IMG/VR virus record: IMGVR_UViG_2913167280_000007
Location: 1-5,947 of that record
Direction: 5' to 3' (one strand)
Source of the DNA: a virus
Lineage: Duplodnaviria > Heunggongvirae > Uroviricota > Caudoviricetes
DNA: 5,947 nucleotides
A model generated the notes under the pieces. It was not told where the DNA came from. It was given only the letters and a program-made list of their open reading frames with translations, and made no database searches. The position numbers and the translations under genes are program-made. Positions 1 through 5,407 of this stretch are shown here, piece after piece (position 1 is the stretch's first letter; the number at the start of each line of letters is the position of its first letter).

Positions 1-2073
1 CGGGCTTGGGGGCACTCCAGTGCAAGTCTCAGTAATTCGCGTCAGGTCGTTCAAGATGATACCGGGCTGTGGTGGTTTTACACCGGAGCATTTCCATTGT
101 TCGTAACTCCTGGAACAAATCCAGCTCTAGATCCTCTTTGGTATTGTGTAGGATTGCTAAATGGTAAGGAAGTAAATGATCTTTCTTCATGGTGCGATGT
201 GGTCTCCAACGTTGATGTAACCAGCCAGATTAGCAAGTATTTCAGAACCCTTTCTTACCTAAAATTTAACGCGATTTGTTACGGTGAAATTAAGATCTCA
301 TCTCAGGTAAGCACATTTGATGTTGCTTATGATATGAGCAAGTTAACCATCAACTTAGACCTTTCTGTTGTTGATACCACAATCACAAATAATGGATCTG
401 TTCTCCGAGTTACTGAACCAAATGAACAAGTTTTAACTGGGTTTAATGCTGGGTTAACTAGTATCAATCAGGATACGTCAAGCATTTTACTGCAATTTGG
501 GCAATGCACATTTTCCTATGTTGCTGAAGATAATGTGAATGACAGGGCTTATCTCAGATCAACTGGACAGGTAATCAGAAAAACAGATACACTGGTGCTT
601 ACTGCGACTGACAGAAGCATTTTCAGGAGCACACCTTCACTTTATGCATTGAATGGAACGGTTACCGCGAGCGTTAAACCATTAACTAATCGCATTACAT
701 GTTATCTGCCAAAAGTTGTATTAACAGGATCTTACCCTGGTACAGCACGCATAGAAAATATCGTTCAGTGTAGCAGGAATAATGTGAAATTTATTGGTGG
801 TGCATATGACCACCGCTCAACATCTATGGTAGCACACTCTTTTTTATCCATTTCGCAATGTGCATTCATAGAGATCGAATCCTTGCTGGCAAGTAATAAC
901 TTTGCAGAAAGCAGTCAGTACGCAATAAGCCTGTTTAGCACTGCATTTGTTCACATCCATAACTGTGCATTCCCTTACGGGTGGGCATTTGTTGATGGCA
1001 ATTTTATGCGCGACACAGTCATCGAGAAATGCACCATTGCTAATGCCTTTGGTGCTCATGCGATGGCCTGGAACATGACAGTACGAGATTGTAAGTTGCA
1101 GGGGGTAACCAGCAACGTTGACTTTACTACTATTGCTGGCGGCATCCATCTTACTGGAGGTGGGCAACTTCTTGTGGAAGACATCGAGTACTGGTACTCA
1201 GGTGGTGCAGCAGCAGCAGAATATCTAGTAGGGTGCAGACAGGATTACGGTCAGGGGTGGGAAGGGGATGTAACTGTAAGAAGAGTTAAAGTGTATGCCA
1301 ATGGGCTACCAAACCCTTTTATTCTGGTATATATGGCAGGTGGTTACCCGAATACTATGGATTATACGCGCCCGTATGCTTATCTCGGTAAGAAGATAAT
1401 TGTTCAAGACGTTACCATATACAAAGCTTTGATTGACCGCGCGCCAGCAAGCGTGATCATTGCACCTGTATGGTTCGCAAACCCTTCAAGTCCATCAATG
1501 CAATGGCGCCTTGCAGATGATGTTCTTATCGAGCGCATTAAAGCTGATGTTTCAGGATTTGGCGGCCTGAGGCTGAACCTTCAGATCCCAGGGGTGAAGA
1601 CAACTAATTACGTAGCTAAAACAGTGAATTTCACCGTTCGGGAATGTGATTTTACTACTGGTGGGATCACAATGAGCCTGGCCCAACCAGGCTCTGATGG
1701 GTCAAATATAACAAACCGGGTTCTTTTCGAAGATAATATTGGACCAGTATCAGGTACTCTCAGTGGAACTGTGAACGATAAATGGGAATTTAGGCGCTGC
1801 ACTATTGGAGCGCTTAACTCAGCAGGGAGCTTAAACGCCATAAAGGTATACCTAAAAAACTGCGATATCTCTGCTGCTTTGTGTGGAGGATCTAGCAGTG
1901 GTGAACAATGGTATTATTACGATAGCCATATCACTACGGCATCAACCGTTGATCTTGGCTCCCGTGCCGTTTACTGCCATGGTAATACCTGCCCTGTTGG
2001 AGGGGCTATCTCTGGGCGGACTCAGCCAGAGTGGTGGGAGTACAGAGATACGTCTATCTTTAGAACATCATAA
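1..2073 (+). CDS. Tailspike / tail-fibre protein, C-terminal receptor-binding portion (5'-truncated by the window edge; the listed ORF 97..2073 is the same frame, which is open from base 1)
   Basis: Frame 1 has no stop from base 1 to TAA at 2071-2073, so the gene starts upstream of the window. The product is rich in N/T/S/G/V with many short alternating hydrophobic repeats and scattered Cys, which is compatible with a parallel beta-helix fold (inference). It sits directly upstream of an O-antigen-modifying acyltransferase and a lysis cassette, as in epsilon15-like phages. Its stop is followed immediately by a strong terminator. No specific homologue was recognised by eye. Confidence 0.55.
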   Translation, partial: RAWGHSSASLSNSRQVVQDDTGLWWFYTGAFPLFVTPGTNPALDPLWYCVGLLNGKEVNDLSSWCDVVSNVDVTSQISKYFRTLSYLKFNAICYGEIKISSQVSTFDVAYDMSKLTINLDLSVVDTTITNNGSVLRVTEPNEQVLTGFNAGLTSINQDTSSILLQFGQCTFSYVAEDNVNDRAYLRSTGQVIRKTDTLVLTATDRSIFRSTPSLYALNGTVTASVKPLTNRITCYLPKVVLTGSYPGTARIENIVQCSRNNVKFIGGAYDHRSTSMVAHSFLSISQCAFIEIESLLASNNFAESSQYAISLFSTAFVHIHNCAFPYGWAFVDGNFMRDTVIEKCTIANAFGAHAMAWNMTVRDCKLQGVTSNVDFTTIAGGIHLTGGGQLLVEDIEYWYSGGAAAAEYLVGCRQDYGQGWEGDVTVRRVKVYANGLPNPFILVYMAGGYPNTMDYTRPYAYLGKKIIVQDVTIYKALIDRAPASVIIAPVWFANPSSPSMQWRLADDVLIERIKADVSGFGGLRLNLQIPGVKTTNYVAKTVNFTVRECDFTTGGITMSLAQPGSDGSNITNRVLFEDNIGPVSGTLSGTVNDKWEFRRCTIGALNSAGSLNAIKVYLKNCDISAALCGGSSSGEQWYYYDSHITTASTVDLGSRAVYCHGNTCPVGGAISGRTQPEWWEYRDTSIFRTS

Positions 2074-2103
2074 AAAAAATGGCCCGTTAAGGGCCATTTT
2101 TTT
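2074..2103. terminator. Bidirectional rho-independent terminator between the convergent tailspike and acyltransferase genes
   Basis: A-run 2074-2079, GC stem GGCCC (2081-2085), loop GTTAA, stem GGGCC (2091-2095), T-run 2097-2103. Read on either strand this gives a hairpin followed by a U-tract. It lies between two convergent stop codons. Confidence 0.75.
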
Positions 2104-3247
2104 AGATAGTTGTTGTATTCTTTTTTAGCAATGTTGCGCTTAGGTTTTTCCCAGTTTTTATGAATGGGGTTTCAACCATTTTGTATGTAATTATTGATGC
2201 TATTACAGTAACAAATAATATCATCGGGAATAAAGCATAGAATTCTGTTCTGGTAACGCCATAAAAATCATAAATATTAAAAACAGTAAATGCTGAGTAC
2301 AGTATAAATCCATGAGTAAGGTATATGCTGTAGCTTATGTCTCCTAAATAAACTAGGCCATTTTTGCGAAGAGCGCCAAAGATATCATTTCCAGATGAAA
2401 TTAAAATGAAAAGCATTCCAACAAGCAGCATTTGATATAAAGAGTAGCTAGGAGTCTGTGTAAATGCTATGGCGCATATAATAATTGCAAAAATAGAACA
2501 TGTATTACTTTTTAAGAAATTGATTTTTAGCTTAGTCACGTAATATGCAATCCCACCTATCGCAAATAAAATGAATAGCTCGTAGCGCACAGACGTTGCA
2601 TAAAGACATAAAATCAAAACAACAGCGGACAGTGCGCCGTATATTTTTGAGGAACCACCTTTTTTAATGATAAGGCTTAGTAGTGGGAGTGATATGTAAA
2701 ACAGAGCCTCATAGAATAAAGTCCACTGCACGCCGCTGATGCTTCTGCCAATGTTGTACCCATTAAGAGGCTGAAGGAAGAAAGCCATTCCGGCAGCTAA
2801 AGATTTAACAAGAGAAGATAGCGAGGTCTCCCCATCATATGTAACAAAGTAAACGCTGTATATTATTGCCAGCATGAGGATGTATAATGGATATATTCTG
2901 AATATCCTGCCAGCCGCTAACTCAGGCCACGATCTTACACCTTTAGATATTTTGCCTACAAAAAGGTACCCGGTAATCATGAAAAAAAGTGAAACAGGAA
3001 TTGATCCAAGATTTCCAACAAATAGACTATTTACTGCCCATGTTCCTTCAGCCTTCCAGTTGTACGTCAAGACGAAGTGATGAAGAAGCACCATTGGTGC
3101 CAATAGCCCTCTGAAACCATCAATAGTTATGTTTCTGTTATTGCTGGTATTTATTTCAGCAGAGTTAAAAACAAAGCTTGCAACGACAATGCAGATCGTA
3201 AAAATTGTGATTAATACCAAATTATCGAAGTACATCATTCTCGCCAT
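2102..3247 (-). CDS. Acyltransferase family 3 integral membrane protein, probable O-antigen / polysaccharide O-acetyltransferase (serotype-conversion moron)
   Basis: The 381-aa product is hydrophobic with multiple predicted TM segments. It carries the family signatures R-x-x-x-x-D-G-x-R-G...H-H ('RNITIDGFRGLLAPMVLLHH') and F-F-x-I-[ST]-G-[YF]-L ('FFMITGYLF'), as in OafA/Oac-type acyltransferases. GC is roughly 30%, far below the neighbouring lysis genes. It is on the opposite strand between the tailspike and the lysis cassette. The start codon is uncertain (ATG at 3245-3247 or the ATG ATG at 3233-3238) and no clear SD is present. Confidence 0.8.
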   Translation of the reverse strand: MARMMYFDNLVLITIFTICIVVASFVFNSAEINTSNNRNITIDGFRGLLAPMVLLHHFVLTYNWKAEGTWAVNSLFVGNLGSIPVSLFFMITGYLFVGKISKGVRSWPELAAGRIFRIYPLYILMLAIIYSVYFVTYDGETSLSSLVKSLAAGMAFFLQPLNGYNIGRSISGVQWTLFYEALFYISLPLLSLIIKKGGSSKIYGALSAVVLILCLYATSVRYELFILFAIGGIAYYVTKLKINFLKSNTCSIFAIIICAIAFTQTPSYSLYQMLLVGMLFILISSGNDIFGALRKNGLVYLGDISYSIYLTHGFILYSAFTVFNIYDFYGVTRTEFYALFPMILFVTVIASIITYKMVETPFIKTGKNLSATLLKKNTTTI

Positions 3248-3392
3248 TGTAAAAAGTAAATAAACATTTTATCACCCTTTAGGTAATTTCGATAGGAACA
3301 ATCCGAACGAAATCTATCCGTATAAGGATTATCATGTATCATAAACTCACAAACTAAGGGGGGTTCATTATGCATACTTTACGGTGGTCACT
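3248..3392. promoter_or_regulatory. Divergent intergenic region, expected to hold the acyltransferase promoter (leftward) and the lysis-cassette promoter / RBS (rightward)
   Basis: A 145-bp AT-rich non-coding gap between divergently oriented genes. It contains a strong SD-like AAGGGGGG (3354-3361) and -10-like hexamers (TATAAG 3321-3326; TGTATCAT 3335-3342), but no convincing -35/-10 pair at canonical spacing. The call rests on position only. Confidence 0.3.
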
Positions 3393-3797
3393 ATGTCTGC
3401 ATCCATGACGGTTTCAGACATCAATCATGGGCTTAGCTTGTGTGCTCTTGGTGCCTGGTTGGTTGGCGTTCCGTCTGAGGTGGTGATCGGTGGTCTGGCG
3501 GGTGCGGTAATTTTTGTTACCTTTGCGGCAGAGTATCCGATAAAGCGGCGCTTGCTCCTGGCTGTCATCAGCTTCTTCTGCGGCCTCCTCTTCTACAAAC
3601 CAACGGCAACCATTCTCATTGGCTTCGCAGCCATCCTCCCCGGCGTAACATCTGACATGTTCGAAAAAGGTGTTGTGTTCTCTGCCGGTGCTTTCGTCTC
3701 TTCAATCGTGGCTGTCAGGTTTGGCGTCTGGTTGTATCACCGTTCTGAAAATCCGCGCGACCTTATCCCGGGGAGAAAAGACGATGACCAGTCCTGA
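3393..3797 (+). CDS. Small multi-pass membrane protein, putative holin / holin-associated protein (first gene of the lysis cassette)
   Basis: ORF in frame with GTG 3384, ATG 3393 and ATG 3405. ATG 3393 has a GGTGG SD-like element 5 nt upstream. Product is about 134 aa with 3-4 hydrophobic helices and a charged C-terminal tail (RSENPRDLIPGRKDDDQS). Its stop TGA (3795-3797) overlaps the start of the next gene. Position immediately upstream of the endolysin supports a lysis role. Start codon is uncertain. Confidence 0.5.
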   Translation: MSASMTVSDINHGLSLCALGAWLVGVPSEVVIGGLAGAVIFVTFAAEYPIKRRLLLAVISFFCGLLFYKPTATILIGFAAILPGVTSDMFEKGVVFSAGAFVSSIVAVRFGVWLYHRSENPRDLIPGRKDDDQS

Positions 3798-4071
3798 ACT
3801 CATTCTTAACGCTGTTATCTGCGGCGCTATAGCCATTCGCGTTCTTCTGTTTCGTCGTGACGGGTCACGCCATCGCCGCTGGGGTGGATGGCTCGCATAC
3901 CTGCTAATTGTCTCCGCCGCCAGCGTCCCTATCCGCACATTCTATGGCTATTACATCAGCGCAGATTGGTCAGAGGTAATCATTAAAGCGGTGTTCCTTG
4001 CTGCGCTTATTAAAACCAAGGGGAATGTGGTTCAGATATTCAAATTAACGAGGTCTCAACATGGACATTAA
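3784..4071 (+). CDS. Small membrane protein, putative holin (95 aa)
   Basis: ATG 3784 is preceded by SD GGGAGA (3771-3776). Product MTSPELILNAVICGAIAIRVLLF...: two or three TM helices, a positively charged loop (RRDGSRHRRWGG) and a basic C-terminus. The 5' end overlaps the previous gene by 14 nt and the 3' end overlaps the endolysin start (ATGGACATTAA). The listed ORF start at 3670 is an upstream in-frame extension with no RBS. Confidence 0.55.
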   Translation: MTSPELILNAVICGAIAIRVLLFRRDGSRHRRWGGWLAYLLIVSAASVPIRTFYGYYISADWSEVIIKAVFLAALIKTKGNVVQIFKLTRSQHGH

Positions 4072-4687
4072 CCAGTTCCAGCGCGCTGCTGGTATCAGTA
4101 CTGAGCTGGCGACGCGCTGGCATCCACACATTACCGCCGCCATGCAGGAGTTTGGCATTACTAATCCTGACGATCAGGCGATGTTTATCGCGCAGACCGG
4201 GCATGAGAGTACAGGCTTTACGCGCCTGGTGGAGAGCTTCAACTACAGCGTTGCTGGTCTTGCTGACTTCATTCGCACCGGGCGCATTACTCAACAGCAG
4301 GCGAATGCGCTTGGCCGCCGCCAGGGTGAGCCGTCGCTTCCTCTGGAGTGCCAGCGTGCGATCGCCAATCTGGTGTACAGCAAGCGCATGGGAAACAAGG
4401 GCCCGACTGATGGATGGTTCTACCGTGGGCGTGGGCTTATTCAGATCACTGGCCTGAACAATTATCGCGCCTGCGGGAACGCTATCAAAGCCGATCTGGT
4501 GTCTCAGCCTGAACTGCTGGCACAGGATGCGTATGCCGCCCGCAGCGCTGCCTGGTTCTACTCTGTGAATGGCTGCCTGAAATATACCGGTGACCTGGTG
4601 CGAGTCACGCAGATTATCAACGGTGGCCAGAACGGAATTGATGACCGCCGGGCGCGCTATGCTGCTGCGAAAAAGGCGCTGGTATGA
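4061..4687 (+). CDS. Endolysin, glycoside hydrolase family 19 (chitinase-like lysozyme)
   Basis: 208 aa. SD ACGAGG (4048-4053) lies 7 nt before ATG 4061. Motifs 'DQAMFIAQTGHESTGF', 'GRGLIQITGLNNY' and 'VTQIINGGQNGIDDR' match the GH19 catalytic core as I recall it from epsilon15-like Salmonella phage endolysins. No N-terminal TM or signal-anchor, so it is a canonical holin-dependent soluble endolysin. The stop overlaps the Rz start (ATGA at 4684-4687). Confidence 0.9.
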   Translation: MDINQFQRAAGISTELATRWHPHITAAMQEFGITNPDDQAMFIAQTGHESTGFTRLVESFNYSVAGLADFIRTGRITQQQANALGRRQGEPSLPLECQRAIANLVYSKRMGNKGPTDGWFYRGRGLIQITGLNNYRACGNAIKADLVSQPELLAQDAYAARSAAWFYSVNGCLKYTGDLVRVTQIINGGQNGIDDRRARYAAAKKALV

Positions 4688-5184
4688 TTTTGGCATTCAT
4701 AAAAGCGTACTGGAGGCAGCTGATCATTGTTGTGTTGCTCTCTGCGCTGGTAGTCGGTGGCATCGTTGCATGGAAGGTTCACGGCAGCCAACAGTATGAT
4801 GCCGGATATGCACAGGCAAAGGCAGACCGTAAAGCCGAAGATGATAAAACTCGCCAGAAGGATGAGCAGGAGAAAGCGACCAATGAACGTGAAGCTCAGC
4901 AAAGGATCGACCAGGCGCGCAATGATGCTCTTGATGCTGCCGCTCGCGCTGGCAGGTTGCAGCAGCAGCTCATTGCCATCGACAAGCAGCTCAGGCAGTA
5001 TAACGCCACTGTCGGCGCTGGGCCGTCAGCCGCAGACACCGGAATTTTGCTTGCCGACGTGCTCCGCCAATCTCTCGAAAGAAACCGAGTCCTGGCAGAA
5101 TACGCTGACCGGGCAGCCGAAGCCGGGCGGGTCTGCGAACGTCAGTACGACACCCTGACGAAACAGGTCACAGTTTCCCGGTGA
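4684..5184 (+). CDS. Rz: Rz-like i-spanin (inner-membrane spanin subunit)
   Basis: 166 aa. N-terminal TM helix (LIIVVLLSALVVGGIVAW), then a charged periplasmic domain predicted to be coiled coil (rich in A/E/K/R/Q) with a single Cys near the C-terminus. Translationally coupled to the endolysin, and it contains the embedded +1-frame Rz1 gene. Confidence 0.85.
   Translation: MILAFIKAYWRQLIIVVLLSALVVGGIVAWKVHGSQQYDAGYAQAKADRKAEDDKTRQKDEQEKATNEREAQQRIDQARNDALDAAARAGRLQQQLIAIDKQLRQYNATVGAGPSAADTGILLADVLRQSLERNRVLAEYADRAAEAGRVCERQYDTLTKQVTVSR
4922..5158 (+). CDS. Rz1: Rz1-like o-spanin (outer-membrane lipoprotein), embedded in the +1 frame of Rz
   Basis: ATG ATG at 4922-4927 begins MMLLMLPLALAG|C: a short signal peptide with lipobox L-A-G-C. 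The mature part is Ser/Pro/Thr-rich with further Cys (EFCLPTC), as is typical of Rz1. It lies entirely inside Rz. The listed ORF 4757..5158 is the same frame with a non-coding upstream extension. Confidence 0.8.
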   Translation: MMLLMLPLALAGCSSSSLPSTSSSGSITPLSALGRQPQTPEFCLPTCSANLSKETESWQNTLTGQPKPGGSANVSTTP

Positions 5185-5300
5185 CGGTATATAAAACGGT
5201 ACGCCAAAAAACGGATTTAATAAAGTTGTTACCATTCAATTGGTTATGCTTACCGTAAATAATTGAGTGGAATGATTTAATTCCTGCACTATGAATGAAC

Positions 5301-5330
5301 AAAACCCTCTGTTGCTACAGAGGGTTTTTT
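5301..5330 (+). terminator. Rho-independent terminator ending the lysis operon
   Basis: AAAA (5301-5304), stem CCCTCTG (5305-5311), loop TTGCTA, stem CAGAGGG (5318-5324), T-run 5325-5330. It lies about 120 nt downstream of the Rz stop. Confidence 0.7.
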
Positions 5331-5407
5331 ATATTGCTGACTAAAGTTAGCAATATAAAAAAGCCTGTAATCCTCACGAATCATAGGCTTGAAGTTACTG
5401 ACAGCGA

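Noticed and set aside
844-1167. 107-aa minus-strand ORF inside the tailspike gene
   Set aside because: Fully embedded antisense in a long, continuous sense ORF, with no start context or recognisable features. Most likely spurious.
1608-1841. 77-aa minus-strand ORF inside the tailspike gene
   Set aside because: Same reasoning: embedded antisense ORF with no supporting signals.
1883-2128. 81-aa + strand ORF overlapping the tailspike 3' end and running through the terminator
   Set aside because: Off-frame with the tailspike, and it crosses the hairpin and T-tract of a strong terminator. Implausible as a gene.
2874-3080. 68-aa + strand ORF antisense to the acyltransferase gene
   Set aside because: Embedded in a gene with clear family motifs on the other strand; AT-rich random ORF with no RBS.
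3670-3783. Upstream extension of the second membrane-protein ORF (listed start 3670)
   Set aside because: The extension overlaps the first membrane-protein gene in another frame and has no RBS. The ATG at 3784 has a good SD (GGGAGA) and gives a typical holin-sized product.
3702-3938. 78-aa minus-strand ORF across the junction of the two membrane-protein genes
   Set aside because: Arg-rich antisense ORF in a GC-rich coding region. It overlaps two translationally coupled sense genes and has no independent support.
4152-4457. 101-aa alternative-frame ORF inside the endolysin gene (+ strand)
   Set aside because: Arg/Ala-rich product typical of an off-frame read of GC-rich coding DNA; no RBS; fully inside a confidently called gene.
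4040-4696. 218-aa antisense ORF covering the whole endolysin gene on the minus strand
   Set aside because: It sits in a GC-rich region where long antisense ORFs arise by chance. The product is Arg/Ala/Leu-rich and low-complexity, no RBS is evident, and the sense strand encodes a clearly recognisable GH19 endolysin.
4757-4921. Upstream extension of the Rz1 frame (listed start 4757)
   Set aside because: The extension would place about 55 basic residues in front of the lipoprotein signal peptide. The lipobox context (MMLLMLPLALAGC) indicates the true start is the ATG ATG at 4922.
4590-5235. Assorted short ORFs overlapping Rz/Rz1 (4590..4799 +, 4657..4902 -, 5026..5235 -)
   Set aside because: All lie in alternative frames or antisense to the confidently assigned endolysin and spanin genes, with no RBS or recognisable features.
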